A stretch of 64,000 nt of DNA from an uncultured delta proteobacterium (GTDB lineage: Bacteria; Myxococcota_A; Polyangia; Haliangiales; Haliangiaceae). The translations under genes were made by a program, and so were the position numbers. The stretch lies in the NCBI GenBank assembly GCA_963743525.1, contig CAVUQH010000003.1, positions 384,001 through 448,000 of the forward strand. Direction: 5' to 3'. Each line of letters begins with the position of its first letter. Position 1 is the first letter of the stretch. Of the stretch, positions 34,911 through 48,813 are shown one piece after another. Below the pieces are notes generated by a model. It was not told the DNA's origin. It made no database searches and was given only the letters and a program-made list of their open reading frames with translations.

Positions 34911-36505
34911 GGCGCCTGCTCGTTGCCGGCGTCGCGCTGTTGGCCGGCTGTGCCAGCGCGGCGCCCATCGGCGCGATGCGCTTCGTCAACCAGCCACCGG
35001 TCACGCGAGTGAACGATCGCGCCGACGTCGCGGTCCCGCCGCCGGTGCCGGTCTCTCGGCCGCGCCTCGACAATCTCGATGCCTTCTACGTGCGCCCGCT
35101 GACCCGCGCGCTCGACGTGCTCGATCCCCGCCGCGCTCGCGACGTCAATGCCATGGACGAGCTGCCCGACTCGACCTGGTTCACCAATCGCATCGGCATG
35201 CGCGCGCTGTCACCCGGCGAGCTGCGCCGCGGCCCGGGCGACGCCGACGGTCCCCAGGCGCACCTGCCGTGGACGGTGACCGGCGCCCGCGCCGGCGCGT
35301 CGCTGTCGCTGTCGATCCGCGACGCCAGCGGGCGCGCGTACACGCTGCTGTTCGACCGGCCCGGCTACCCCGAGCTGGAGACCGCCGCCGACGTGATCGC
35401 CCAGCGGATCTTCTGGGCCTGCGGCTGGAACGTGCCCGACGATCGCATCGTCACCGTGCCGCGCGCACAGCTGACGGTGGCCGACGGCGCGCTCGCCGAC
35501 GGCCAGCCGCTGTCGGCGGCCGCCCTCGACCAGCTGCTCGGCGAGCAGCTCGACGATCCCGCGGCGCCACTGCGCGCGGTGGCGCGGCGACTGCCGGCGG
35601 GCGTCAACCTCGGCGGCTGGGCCGGCGAAGGGGTTCGCGCCGGCGATGCCAACGACATCATCGCCCACGAAGATCGGCGCGCGGTGCGCGGTCTGGGGGT
35701 GATCGCCTCGTGGGTCGGTCACGTCAACCTGGGTCGGGCGACCACGCGCGATCTGTGGGTTGCCGACGCGGCCAACCCGGCGCGGCACTACGTCGCGCAC
35801 TATCTGTGGGACTTCCGCACCGCGCTGGGCGCCGGCGCCTACATCGACCGGCGCCCCTACCTCGGCTTCACCGGCTGGTGGCGACCGTGGGCGGAGCTTC
35901 GCCGCGCCGACCGTCCCGGCGTCGGTCTGTTCGAGGCCGACCGCTTCGATCCCTCGCGGTTCTTCACCCGCACGCCGTACGCCGCCTTCACCGACGCCGA
36001 TCGCTTCGACGGCTTCTGGGCAGCCGCCCTGGTGTCGCGCTTTACCCCGGCCCAGCTGCAGGCCATCGTCAACGCCGCCGGCTACAGTCACGCCGACTCG
36101 ACCGCGTACGTGGTGGCGACCTTGCGCGCGCGCCAGCGGCAGATCGCCCGCTACTGGTTCGCCCGCGTGGCGCCGCTGGATCGCGTGCAGATCACCGCGC
36201 CGGGCGCGCTCTGCTTCGACGACCTGCTGGTGACCCGGGGCCTGAGTGACGGCGCCACGTCCCGCTACCAGGTCGAGCTGTTCGACTACCGCGGCCGGCC
36301 CACCGGATGGACCGGGTGGAACACCAACGCCGACGACGGACACATCTGCGTGTCGGGCATTCGTCCCGGGCCGACGCGCAGCGGCTACGTCATCGCCCGC
36401 ATCACCGTCTGGCGGCGCAAGCACGCGCTACCGCCGGTCGAAGCCCATCTGGCCGACGACCCGGCGACCGGGCGCCTCCGGGTCATCGGCCTGCGCCGGC
36501 GCTAG
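34907..36505 (+). CDS. Lipoprotein translationally coupled to the Omp85-like gene
   Basis: ATGA overlap; lipobox LAGC; DVNAMDELPDSTWFTNR and ELETAADVI..RIFWACGWNVP segments. Confidence 0.7.
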   Translation: MRRLLVAGVALLAGCASAAPIGAMRFVNQPPVTRVNDRADVAVPPPVPVSRPRLDNLDAFYVRPLTRALDVLDPRRARDVNAMDELPDSTWFTNRIGMRALSPGELRRGPGDADGPQAHLPWTVTGARAGASLSLSIRDASGRAYTLLFDRPGYPELETAADVIAQRIFWACGWNVPDDRIVTVPRAQLTVADGALADGQPLSAAALDQLLGEQLDDPAAPLRAVARRLPAGVNLGGWAGEGVRAGDANDIIAHEDRRAVRGLGVIASWVGHVNLGRATTRDLWVADAANPARHYVAHYLWDFRTALGAGAYIDRRPYLGFTGWWRPWAELRRADRPGVGLFEADRFDPSRFFTRTPYAAFTDADRFDGFWAAALVSRFTPAQLQAIVNAAGYSHADSTAYVVATLRARQRQIARYWFARVAPLDRVQITAPGALCFDDLLVTRGLSDGATSRYQVELFDYRGRPTGWTGWNTNADDGHICVSGIRPGPTRSGYVIARITVWRRKHALPPVEAHLADDPATGRLRVIGLRRR

Positions 36506-37305
36506 CTGGGGTTCTTGGTCAGGTTCGGCAGCTCGGACAGGTCGGGCACGAGGATGATCTCGATGCGCCGGTTGAGCGCGCGGCCCTCTTCGGTGTCGTT
36601 GGACGCCACCGGGTCGAACTCGCCGTAGCCGCTGGCCGACAGGTTCTTGGGATCGAAGCCGGCGTCGACCATCGCCTCGACCACGCTGACCGCGCGCGCC
36701 GTCAACAGCTGCCAGTTGTCGCGGAACTTGTGGCTGCGGATCGGCACGTTGTCGGTGTGGCCGGCGATCTGGAAGCGGCGGTCCTTGAACTCGAGGAGGA
36801 TGTTGAGCACCTCGGCCAGCGCCGACTTGCCGTTCTTCGACAGGTCGGCCTTGCCGCTGGGGAACAACACGCCCGACGGCAGCTTGAGGATCATCTGCCC
36901 ATTGCGGAAGTCAACGTCGAGCTTGCCGGTGTCAACCAGCTGGCGCAGTCGGTCGTTGAGCGCGCGGTAGGCGGACAGGCGCTGCTCGTCCTGCTCGCGC
37001 TGCTTGCGCAGCTTGAGCAGCTCCTGCTCGGCGTCGCCCATCGACGCCAGGAGATCCTTGATCCGCTTCTCCTTCTCGATCGCAGCCTGGCCCTTGGCGT
37101 CGCGTTCGGAGCGGGTGGCGTCGAGCTCGCCCTCGAGCTGGGCCACCTTCTTCTTCTGCGTGTCGAGCACGTTCTTGGTCTCGGACAGCTCGCCCTGACA
37201 GGCAGCGAGCGCATCCAGCGCCTTCTGGTGCGTGGCCTTCTTGACCCCGCAGCCGCCGGCCACGACGACCGCCAGGGCAACCAGCACGAAACGAGTCCTC
37301 ACCAT
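36502..37305 (-). CDS. OmpA/MotB family coiled-coil lipoprotein
   Basis: VLFPSGKA, IAGHTDNVP, NWQL(L)TARA, GYGEFDP and NRRIEI motifs. Confidence 0.92.
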   Translation of the reverse strand: MVRTRFVLVALAVVVAGGCGVKKATHQKALDALAACQGELSETKNVLDTQKKKVAQLEGELDATRSERDAKGQAAIEKEKRIKDLLASMGDAEQELLKLRKQREQDEQRLSAYRALNDRLRQLVDTGKLDVDFRNGQMILKLPSGVLFPSGKADLSKNGKSALAEVLNILLEFKDRRFQIAGHTDNVPIRSHKFRDNWQLLTARAVSVVEAMVDAGFDPKNLSASGYGEFDPVASNDTEEGRALNRRIEIILVPDLSELPNLTKNPS

Positions 37306-37452
37306 CGGCATCCTCCGGTTGGGTTCGCGAGGGCCTCAAGGTATCGAAACTCCAGCGAGATTGCATGCCGGCCGGCGGCGGATGTCGAGTATTTGGTGGC
37401 TGATGTAGGATAGAGTAGGATAGGGTGCTCGATGTAGGCAGCCTGGAGAAAG

Positions 37453-40194
<2,742 letters not shown>

Positions 40195-40204
40195 CGCAGC
40201 TCGG

Positions 40205-41893
40205 CTAGCTCAGCAGCGCTCGGCGCAGGTGGTCGGCCACGTCGGCCAGCACCTCGGGCTCGAACGGCGAGCGCAGGCCGCCGACCTCGAGCATCTCGGT
40301 GAACGACACGCTGCCGCCGATCTCGCACATCTTCAGGTAGTCGCGCAGCGCCAGGTCGCGGTCGCGCTCGGCCTTCATGTGGATCTGCAGCGCGCAGACC
40401 CCCGCCAGCGCGTAGTCGATGTAATAGAACGGGTCGCAGTAGACGTGACGCTGGCGCTGCCAGATGGTGCCGGTGGCCAGGTAGGGCAGATCGTCGCCGT
40501 AGCGGCGCCACGGCAGATAGCTCGCCTCGAGCTCGAGCCAGGCGGCGTTGCGCTGCGCCGGGGTCAGCTCCGGCTGCTCGTAGACCCGGTGCTGGAAGTG
40601 ATCGACCAGCGTGATGTACGGCAGGGCGGTGACGTCGCGCGCCAGGTGACCGCGGCGGTAGCGCTCGGCGTCGTCGCCGAAGAAGCGCTCCATGAACGGA
40701 AAGGTCAGGTGCTCCATCCCCATCGAGTGGACCTCGGCCGCCTCGTTGGTGGGGAAGTGGTACTCGATCAGCGGCAGCTTGCGCGCCGACCAGACCTGGT
40801 AGGCGTGGCCGCACTCGTGGGTCACCACCTGCAGGTCGTCGGTGGTGCCGGTGAACTGGGCGAAGACGAACGGCCAGCCGAGGTCGGCAAAGATGGTGCA
40901 GAAGCCGCCCGGCGCCTTGCCGTCGCGGCGCTCGACGTCGAGCAGGTCGTGCTCGAGCATGTGGTCCATGAACGCGCCCAGGCGCGGGTCGATGTCGCGG
41001 TACATGCCGCGGGCGGTCTCGAGGATCTCGGTCGGCGTGCCGGTCGGCGCCGGATTGCCGTTGGGATCGAGGACCTCTTCGTCGTGGAGCAGCACCTCGT
41101 CGATCCCCAGGGCCTCGGCCTGGCGGCGGCGCAGCTCCTCGGCCAGCGGCACCAGCTGCTCGCGCACGGCGTCGCGGAAGCGGGCCACGTCGCCGGCGTC
41201 GTAGCCGATCCGGGTCATCAGCTGGTAGCCGAGCGGCGTGAAGCCGCCCATCCCCAGCGCCCGGCCCATGCCGTCGCGCAGCTCGACCAGGCGGTCGTAG
41301 ATGTCGTCGAGGTCGTCGGCGTTGGCGGCGAGGAACCGATCGCGGGCGACGTGCGCGTCCAGGCGGGTCTGCCGGTCGGCCACGCCGAAGTAGCCGTGCA
41401 ACGCCGGCATGGTGGTCTTCTCGCCGCGGAAGACGGCCTCTTTCTTCGACGTCAGCTCGATGTAGCGGGTGACCAGCTTGGCTTCCTCGGCCAGCGCGTC
41501 GGCGATCTCGGGCGCGAAGGTGGTGGCGGTGCACTCCTTGACGCGGAGGATCTGTGCGCCGAACGCGCGCTCGAGCGCCTCGCGGTGGCGGCTCCGGGTC
41601 AGGGCGCGGGCGTGGATGACGTCGAGCTCGCGCATCGCCGGCGCGGCCTGGTCCCAGAACTGCTTTTCCGCCTTGGCCCGGTCGTCGGTCGTGTCCTGCT
41701 GGTAGCGGACCTCGGCGATGTTCCAGCCGGTGTCGATCCGCGAGCGCACCCGGTTCCAGGCGCGGACGACCTCGACCGCCTGCTCGGCGCCGGTGGCGGC
41801 TTCCAGCCGCTGGGCCAGGTCGGCGACCTCGGCGCGGACGGCGTCGAGATCCGGGCGGGCGTAATCGCGGGCAAAGGCGGGCGTCTCGCTCAT
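40205..41893 (-). CDS. M3 family oligoendopeptidase
   Basis: GKAPGGFC, HECGH, AEVHSMGME and PFYYIDYALA motifs. Confidence 0.92.
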   Translation of the reverse strand: MSETPAFARDYARPDLDAVRAEVADLAQRLEAATGAEQAVEVVRAWNRVRSRIDTGWNIAEVRYQQDTTDDRAKAEKQFWDQAAPAMRELDVIHARALTRSRHREALERAFGAQILRVKECTATTFAPEIADALAEEAKLVTRYIELTSKKEAVFRGEKTTMPALHGYFGVADRQTRLDAHVARDRFLAANADDLDDIYDRLVELRDGMGRALGMGGFTPLGYQLMTRIGYDAGDVARFRDAVREQLVPLAEELRRRQAEALGIDEVLLHDEEVLDPNGNPAPTGTPTEILETARGMYRDIDPRLGAFMDHMLEHDLLDVERRDGKAPGGFCTIFADLGWPFVFAQFTGTTDDLQVVTHECGHAYQVWSARKLPLIEYHFPTNEAAEVHSMGMEHLTFPFMERFFGDDAERYRRGHLARDVTALPYITLVDHFQHRVYEQPELTPAQRNAAWLELEASYLPWRRYGDDLPYLATGTIWQRQRHVYCDPFYYIDYALAGVCALQIHMKAERDRDLALRDYLKMCEIGGSVSFTEMLEVGGLRSPFEPEVLADVADHLRRALLS

Positions 41894-42070
41894 GGCCGCA
41901 CATACTAGAGGAAACGACGCGCCGCGCTGCCGGCAGCCCCTCACCCACCTTTACAACCGCCCCATCGGCGCGTAAACACGAGGGAAACGGCGTATGAATC
42001 TCGCGGCGGCGCCGCGCGTCAGTACGAGAGATAGCCGGCGCTTCCCCGGCGCCGACAAGGAGAACCCGCC

Positions 42071-42901
42071 ATGTTTGCACAAGCCTTCATCCTCGCCGCC
42101 ACCATGATGGTGGAGACGCCCGCCGCGGTGCCTGCCCAGGCACCGTCGAAGGCCCCCGCCATCACCGCCGTCGCCCCCGTCGCCACGCCCGCGCCGACCC
42201 CGGCTCCGACCGAACCGCAGAGCGTCGCCTCGCCGTTCCAGCTGCCGCTGTTCAACGTCGCGGTGCCGCTGGCGCCGGCCCGCGTCGCTCAGCTCGACGC
42301 CAAGGCGCTGGTCGCCAAGGTGCAGTCGTTCTACAACGACACCAAGAGCTACAGCGCCGCGTTTCGCCAGACCTACACCAACAAGGCGTTCGGCCAGAAG
42401 ACCACCAAGGACGGCAAGGTCTACATCAAGAAGCCGGGCAAGATGCGCTGGGACTACAAGGGCGCTCGCGGCCCGCGCTCCAGCTTCATCGCCGACGGCG
42501 CCACCGCGTGGATGGTCGAGTACGACAACAAGCAGTACGCGCAGCAGAGCCTCAAGGACAGCGTTCTGCCCGTGGCCATCACCTTCCTCAGCGGCAAGGG
42601 CGATCTGACCAAGGACTTCGTGCCGAGCATCGACACCTCCGGTCGCTACGGCACCAAGAAGGACCTGGTGCTCGAGCTGACGCCCAAGACCTCGTCGGCG
42701 CAGTACAAGAAGCTGTACCTGGTGGTCGATCCGGGCAACTACCGGGTCAAGGAGTTGACCGTCATCGAGGGCAACGGCAACATCAACCACTTCAGCTTCT
42801 ACGCCCCCAACACCAGCAAGGCGATCGCCGACTCGACCTTCGCGGTCAACGTCAAGACCTTGCGCCAGCAGCACTTCCGCAAGATCAATCCCAAGAAGTA
42901 G
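42071..42901 (+). CDS. lolA: Outer-membrane lipoprotein carrier protein
   Basis: A.F.Q...G.VYIKKPGKMRWDY...ADG...W; located near ftsK. Confidence 0.85.
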   Translation: MFAQAFILAATMMVETPAAVPAQAPSKAPAITAVAPVATPAPTPAPTEPQSVASPFQLPLFNVAVPLAPARVAQLDAKALVAKVQSFYNDTKSYSAAFRQTYTNKAFGQKTTKDGKVYIKKPGKMRWDYKGARGPRSSFIADGATAWMVEYDNKQYAQQSLKDSVLPVAITFLSGKGDLTKDFVPSIDTSGRYGTKKDLVLELTPKTSSAQYKKLYLVVDPGNYRVKELTVIEGNGNINHFSFYAPNTSKAIADSTFAVNVKTLRQQHFRKINPKK

Positions 42902-42971
42902 TCGTGTTGCGATTCGCAACGCGCTCGAGGTTTGGCTCTGGCCGGCCGCGGCGGTACGCTGCCCGGCGGCC

Positions 42972-44636
42972 ATGAGCTCCTTCACACTCTCTCCCAACGA
43001 ACGTTTCCGCGGCGCCAGGGGACCGGTGGTCCTGGTGGTTCTCGACGGCGTCGGCGTCGGCGCCGGCGACGAAGCCGACGCGGTAAAGATCGCGGCCACG
43101 CCGACGCTCGACTCGATGTGGGCGCCCGGCGCCCGCTGCACGCTGCGCGCCCACGGCACCTTCGTCGGCCTGCCGACCGACGGCGACATGGGCAACAGCG
43201 AGGTCGGCCACAACGCCCTCGGCTGCGGCCGCGTGTTCGATCAGGGCGCCTTGCTGGTCGACCGCGCCATCGCCAGCGGCGCGCTGTTCGAGGGTGCAAC
43301 CTGGAAGGCGATCCTCGACCGCTGCGGTCGCGGCGGCGCGCTGCACCTGATCGGCCTGTTGTCCGACGGCAACGTCCACTCGCACATTCAGCAGCTGATC
43401 GCGCTGATCCGCCACGCCGCCGCCGACGGGGTCGAGAAGATCTACGTTCACGCGCTGACCGACGGTCGCGACGTCGGCGCGCAGAGCGCCCTCACCTACG
43501 TCGACCAGCTGGAAGAGGTGCTCGGCGACCTGCGCGCCAACGGCGTCGACGCGGCGATCGCCTCGGGCGGTGGCCGCATGCTGGTGACCATGGATCGCTA
43601 CGAGGCCGACTGGCGCATCGTCGAGCGCGGGTGGAACGCCCACGTCCACGGCGACGCGCCGCACCGGTTCTCGTCGATGCGCCAGGCGATCGAGAGCTTT
43701 CGCGGCGAGGACCCGTCGATCAGCGACCAGAACCTGCCGCCGTTCGTCATCGAGCGCGACGGCGCGCCGCTGGCGCCGATGCAGGACGGCGACTGCGCCA
43801 TCTGCTTCAACTTCCGCGGCGACCGGGCGATCGAGATCAGCCGGGCGTTCGACGACGACGATCTCGATGCGTTCGACCGCGGCCGCCGGCCCGACGTCCT
43901 CTACGCCGGCATGATGGAGTACGACGGCGACACCCACGTGCCCAGGCATTTCCTGGTCGAGCCGCCGGCCATCGACCGGACCATGGGCGAGTACCTGGCG
44001 CACAACCAGGTGTCGCAGCTGGCGATCTCCGAGACGCAGAAGTTCGGCCACGTCACCTATTTCTGGAACGGCAACCGCAGCGGGCGGTTCGACGACACCC
44101 TCGAGACCTACCTCGAGGTGCCGTCGGATCGGGTCTCGTTCGACGAGCGGCCGTGGATGAAAGCGGCCGAGATCACCGACCGACTGGTGGCCGAGTTGCG
44201 CACAGGCAACCACCGTTTCGTCCGCGTCAACTACGCAAACGGCGACATGGTCGGGCACACGGGCAGCTTCGCGGCCACCGTCGTCGCCGTCGAGGTGATC
44301 GACCTCATGCTCGCCCGGCTGCGGCGCGTCGTGGAAGAACTTCAAGGAATTCTGCTAGTTACGGCTGACCACGGCAACGCCGACGAGATGTTCCAGCACG
44401 GCGGCGACGGCCACGTGGTTCGCGAGAAGAAGACGGGCGTGCCTGTGGTAAAGACGAGCCATACACTGAACCCCGTCCCTTTCGTGATCTACGATCCCAA
44501 GCGCAGCGACCTGTACCAGATCGACCCGGCCCGGGCCGAGGCAGCGGGCATCGCCAACGTGACGGCGACCTGCCTGGAGCTCCTCGGTTTTCGTCCGCCG
44601 GATGACTACGCGCCATCGTTGTTGAGGTTCAAATGA
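42972..44636 (+). CDS. gpmI: 2,3-bisphosphoglycerate-independent phosphoglycerate mutase
   Basis: MGNSEVGH, SDGNVHSH, NFRGDRA, SETQKFGHVT, NGDMVGHTG and TADHGN motifs. Confidence 0.97.
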   Translation: MSSFTLSPNERFRGARGPVVLVVLDGVGVGAGDEADAVKIAATPTLDSMWAPGARCTLRAHGTFVGLPTDGDMGNSEVGHNALGCGRVFDQGALLVDRAIASGALFEGATWKAILDRCGRGGALHLIGLLSDGNVHSHIQQLIALIRHAAADGVEKIYVHALTDGRDVGAQSALTYVDQLEEVLGDLRANGVDAAIASGGGRMLVTMDRYEADWRIVERGWNAHVHGDAPHRFSSMRQAIESFRGEDPSISDQNLPPFVIERDGAPLAPMQDGDCAICFNFRGDRAIEISRAFDDDDLDAFDRGRRPDVLYAGMMEYDGDTHVPRHFLVEPPAIDRTMGEYLAHNQVSQLAISETQKFGHVTYFWNGNRSGRFDDTLETYLEVPSDRVSFDERPWMKAAEITDRLVAELRTGNHRFVRVNYANGDMVGHTGSFAATVVAVEVIDLMLARLRRVVEELQGILLVTADHGNADEMFQHGGDGHVVREKKTGVPVVKTSHTLNPVPFVIYDPKRSDLYQIDPARAEAAGIANVTATCLELLGFRPPDDYAPSLLRFK

Positions 44637-45196
44637 AAGCAGGCCCGGTCATCGGAGCAGTTGTTGCGATCGGCGCCGCCCTGGCGGTGATCATTCTCTT
44701 GCGTACCTCGGGTCCCGAGGGCACCGGCGTCGGCGTCAAGCAGGCCGAAGCCGCACGCTGCGAGAAGGGAAGCTCCGACTGTCTGCCCAAGCTGACGTTC
44801 GTCAACACCGAGGGCGAAGCCATCACCCCCGAGCAGCTCGACGGCAAAGTCGTGATGATCAACTTCTGGGCGACCTGGTGCCATCCGTGCCAGTCCGAGG
44901 TGCCCAACCTCACCCGCGCCTACCAGAAGTACAAGCAGAAGGGCTTCGTGCTGTTCGGCATCATGACCGACGACGTCGACAACCCGGGGCTGGAGCGGTT
45001 CGCGAAGGCGCACCACCTCGACTACCCGGTCATCCGGGTCGACGGATCGCTGCTGGAGGCGTTCGGCTATCCCGATCGCCTGCCGACGACGTTCATCTAC
45101 GATCGTCACGGCAAGCTGCGGGTCAATCGCCTCGGCGCCCTGCGCGACGCCGACCTCGAGCAGATCCTGCCCGGACTGCTCGACGAGCAGATCTAG
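44633..45196 (+). CDS. TlpA-family thiol-disulfide oxidoreductase
   Basis: INFWATWCHPC and LPTTFIYDR.G motifs. Confidence 0.92.
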   Translation: MKAGPVIGAVVAIGAALAVIILLRTSGPEGTGVGVKQAEAARCEKGSSDCLPKLTFVNTEGEAITPEQLDGKVVMINFWATWCHPCQSEVPNLTRAYQKYKQKGFVLFGIMTDDVDNPGLERFAKAHHLDYPVIRVDGSLLEAFGYPDRLPTTFIYDRHGKLRVNRLGALRDADLEQILPGLLDEQI

Positions 45197-48100
45197 TCCT
45201 GCGTCCGGCCCGGCCAGGGCGCGATCATCTGCGCCCACGCCGCGGGGGCGCCGACGCCGGTGACGCGCATCGCCTCTTCGGCGGCGGCAGTCTTGTCGGC
45301 GCCGTCGTCGCCGCCCTCGAGCTGGCCGAGGCGGTAGCGCGCGACCTGGCCGTGGAGCGGCATCTCGGCGGCATCGAACGCCGCTGGTAGCTCGCGCAGC
45401 AGGCGCCGGGCGCCGTCGTCGTCACCGCCGGCGGCGGCGATCGCGGCCATCACCAGACCGCCCAGCGGGGTGCTCCAGCCGACCTTCTCGCGCATCAGCG
45501 CGCGGGCGTGGGTGCTCGCCCGGCGCAGGGCGTCGTCGTCGCCGGCCAGTCCCGCGGCCAGCGACGCGCGCGCGCGCAGCGCCACCGCCTCGAGACGAAT
45601 CTGCTGGGTGCGCAGCAGCATCGATCCCTCCAGTCCCGGCCAGCCGTCCTCGACCCGGCGAGCGGCGTCGGCGTTGGCGCCGACGTACAGGTCGAGCTGC
45701 GTGCGCGCGAGCATGTGGTTGTAGTGCTGCAAGTGATAGCGCTCCATCGACCAGCGGTGCTCGGCGTAGGCCAGGCGCTCGCGGGCCACGTTGACGTCGT
45801 CCTTGCCCAGCCACGCCCAGTTGAGCAGACCGGTCGACAGCATGGTCAACGCGTACAGGTCGCCGCGGGCCTCGGCCTCGCGCAACGCCGGTGGCACGCG
45901 CCGCGCCAGCTCGCCGAGTTGCCCGCGGTAGGCCATCGACCACAGCATCAGGTGGCGCGAGCTGATCATCTCCCACCAGGAGCCGGCGCAGTGGTTGCGG
46001 AACAGACCGATGGCGGGCAGTGCGGCCTCGACGGTGCCGCGCCACTCGCCGCGCAAGAAGCAGGCGTAGGCGCGGCCCATGCGCGCGGTGGCGCGGGCGT
46101 ACGCGGTGCCGACCTCGGCGGCCAGCGACTCGTTGCGCGCGACCAGCGCGTCGGTGCGCTTGACCGAGCGGGTGCCGCCCATGCCGACGATGGCGGTCTC
46201 GGCCATCAGACCCCGGCACACGCGCGACCGCTCGCCGGTGGCCAGGGCCAGGCGCAACGCGCGGGTCTGCAGCTCGGCGCCGCGGATCGGATCGATCATC
46301 GCCAGGCCGCTGGTCGCTCCCCACAGCGCGTCGACGGCCGCCAGCTGGTGGGCGGGAACGTCGCGGGCGTCGCGCGGGCGGAAGCCGAGGCCCGAGATGC
46401 GCAGGCGCGCGCGGTGGTAGAGCAGCGACGCCAGGGCGGCGCGCGGCGTGTGCGGCAGCTTGTGGCCGTGGGCGGCCAGCGCCCGCCGCAGCACGGCCAG
46501 GCCCTCGTCGACACCGCCGGCGCGCAGCATCTGCTCGGCGGCGCGGCCCTCCAGCTCGGCGGCCGTGGTCTGGTCGGGGGCGTTGTCCATGGCGGCGAGA
46601 AACATCTGCCCGGACTCGTGTCCCAGTCCGGCGCTGGCCAGCGCCTCGGCGCGCGCGACCTGGGCCTCGTAGCGCTCGGTGGGAAGCAGGCCGTCGTACT
46701 CGAGGTACTCGGCGAACAGTGCGGCCGCGCGGTCGAAGGCGAGCGCCTCGGCGGCTTCGTGCGCTGCGCGCAGAGTGTAGCGGTGCGCCGGCTGTGCCTC
46801 GCCGGCGTCGCGCCAGTGACGCGCCAGCACCTCGGCATCGGTGTGCGGATCGCTCTGCAGCGCCAGGGCGACGCGAAGGTGGAGCTCGCGCGTCCGCTCC
46901 GGCGACAGTGCGGCGACAGCAGCGTCGCGCACGCGGTCGTGGAGGATCTCGATGTAGTCGTCGGGCAGCGCCGCGCGCCCGCGCAGCAGCGTGGCCGCGC
47001 GCAGGATCGCCGCCTCGCCGGCGCCGTCGTCGGGCAGACGAGCAGCGCGGGCGGCGTCGCGCAGGCGCAGCGGTCCGCCGGCGACGGCGATCACGTCGAG
47101 CAGCTCGCGGGCGCGGTAGGGCAAGCGCTCGAAGCGGTGGCGCAGCACCTCCTCCAGCGTCACCGACGGCGCGTCTCCGTCGCGCTCGAGCACCCGACCG
47201 CTGCGCACGAACGCCACCAGCTCGCGAATGAACAGCGGGTTGCCCGCAGCCTCCCAGGCGATGGCGTTGGCGTCGTCGCCCGCGTTCGGGTGATCGCCGA
47301 GCAACGCCAGCGCCAGCTCGCGCGCCGACGTCGGGTCGAGCGGGCCGACGGGAACGCGCAGCACCGCGCCGGCGGCCGACCGCTCCAGCCGCCGGCGCAC
47401 GGCGCGGTCGACCAGATCCTCGTCGTCGGAGTCGGTGCGCACGGTGGCGCAGATCAGCACCGGCGGCGCGTCCGGCGGCCGGGTCAGCTCGGCCAGCAGC
47501 GCGGCGCTGTCGTTGTCGCCCCACTGCAGGTCGTCGATCCACAGGATCACCGGCCGGCTCCGGGCCAGCCGAGACAACAGCTCGCGCAGCGCGGTGCCGG
47601 CGGTATGGCGCAGCTCGAATGGATCGACCGCGGCGTCCGGCGCCGGTGCGCGAGCCAGCGACTCGACCAGGCGCAGCACCGGAAACAGGCGCACCAGGGA
47701 GCCGGCGTCCGGCGGCACCAGCGCCTCGACCTGGTCCGGCGGCAGCTTCTCCAGGGTATCGGCGAGATCGTCGATCAGGTTGTCGAACGCTTTGTACGGC
47801 ACCGACTCGCGCTCGTAGCAGCGACCCTTGAGCACCAGCGCGCGCCCGGCGGCGGCGGCGCGGTCGGTGAACGTCTGCGCCAGGGCGGTCTTGCCCATGC
47901 CGGTCTGTCCGCGCAGCTGCACGGTGACGCAGGCGCCGCGCTCGACCCGGCGCAGGGCGTGCTCGAGCGCGTCGAGCTGATGGCGGCGACCGACCAGGTC
48001 GACCTCGGCCTCGCCGCGGACGGCCGGCGCGTCGGAGCCGAGCGCCGCACCGATGTCGGCCGCGCCGGCGCGCACGGCCGGGTCACGGGCGAGCAGGCGA

Positions 48101-48813
48101 TCGCACAGCGCCGCCAGCGCCGGCGACACCGTGAGCGCGCGGTCGCGGACCGGCGGTGGATCGCGCCGCTCCTTGGCCGCCAGCACCTCCATCACCGAGC
48201 CCTCGAACGGCATGACGCCGGTGAGCGCCTGGTGGAGGATGACGCCGACCGCGTACCAGTCGGCAGCGGGACCTACCGGCTCGCCGCGCACGTGCTCGGG
48301 CGCGATGTACGCGGCGGTGCCGACGATGTCGTCGTCACTCGACCGATCGCGCACCACCCGGGCCAGACCGAAGTTGACGATGACCAGACGCCCCTCGGCG
48401 ACCAGCACGTTGGACGGCTTTATGTCGCGGTGGACCACGCCGGCGGCGTGCAGCGCCGACAGCCCGTCGGTCAGCTGCTCGATCGCGCGCAGGGTGCGGG
48501 CCGCGCGCGCCCCCGGGTCGGGCGCGTCGCGGATCCACGACAGCACGTCCTGCCCGTCGATCCGCTCCATCACCAGCAGCCAGTCGTCGCCCTCGGTGAT
48601 CAGCTCGTGAAAGACCACCAGGTTGGGGTGGGCGACGTCGGCCAGGGCGCGGAACTCGCGCTTGAGCTGGTAGACGGCGTCGGCGTCGACCCGGTGCAAT
48701 ACCTTGAGAGCGACGCGGGTTTCGTCGCGCGCGTGATCGATGGCGTCGTAGACCACGCCGCTGGCGCCGCCGCCGATTCGGTGCAAGCGTTCGAACCGCG
48801 ATCCGGCGCTCAT
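45193..48813 (-). CDS. Ser/Thr protein kinase fused to AAA+/STAND-like ATPase and TPR-like region
   Basis: [19 protein letters not shown], (N)FG, APE; Walker [16 protein letters not shown]. Confidence 0.93.
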   Translation of the reverse strand: MSAGSRFERLHRIGGGASGVVYDAIDHARDETRVALKVLHRVDADAVYQLKREFRALADVAHPNLVVFHELITEGDDWLLVMERIDGQDVLSWIRDAPDPGARAARTLRAIEQLTDGLSALHAAGVVHRDIKPSNVLVAEGRLVIVNFGLARVVRDRSSDDDIVGTAAYIAPEHVRGEPVGPAADWYAVGVILHQALTGVMPFEGSVMEVLAAKERRDPPPVRDRALTVSPALAALCDRLLARDPAVRAGAADIGAALGSDAPAVRGEAEVDLVGRRHQLDALEHALRRVERGACVTVQLRGQTGMGKTALAQTFTDRAAAAGRALVLKGRCYERESVPYKAFDNLIDDLADTLEKLPPDQVEALVPPDAGSLVRLFPVLRLVESLARAPAPDAAVDPFELRHTAGTALRELLSRLARSRPVILWIDDLQWGDNDSAALLAELTRPPDAPPVLICATVRTDSDDEDLVDRAVRRRLERSAAGAVLRVPVGPLDPTSARELALALLGDHPNAGDDANAIAWEAAGNPLFIRELVAFVRSGRVLERDGDAPSVTLEEVLRHRFERLPYRARELLDVIAVAGGPLRLRDAARAARLPDDGAGEAAILRAATLLRGRAALPDDYIEILHDRVRDAAVAALSPERTRELHLRVALALQSDPHTDAEVLARHWRDAGEAQPAHRYTLRAAHEAAEALAFDRAAALFAEYLEYDGLLPTERYEAQVARAEALASAGLGHESGQMFLAAMDNAPDQTTAAELEGRAAEQMLRAGGVDEGLAVLRRALAAHGHKLPHTPRAALASLLYHRARLRISGLGFRPRDARDVPAHQLAAVDALWGATSGLAMIDPIRGAELQTRALRLALATGERSRVCRGLMAETAIVGMGGTRSVKRTDALVARNESLAAEVGTAYARATARMGRAYACFLRGEWRGTVEAALPAIGLFRNHCAGSWWEMISSRHLMLWSMAYRGQLGELARRVPPALREAEARGDLYALTMLSTGLLNWAWLGKDDVNVARERLAYAEHRWSMERYHLQHYNHMLARTQLDLYVGANADAARRVEDGWPGLEGSMLLRTQQIRLEAVALRARASLAAGLAGDDDALRRASTHARALMREKVGWSTPLGGLVMAAIAAAGGDDDGARRLLRELPAAFDAAEMPLHGQVARYRLGQLEGGDDGADKTAAAEEAMRVTGVGAPAAWAQMIAPWPGRTQD

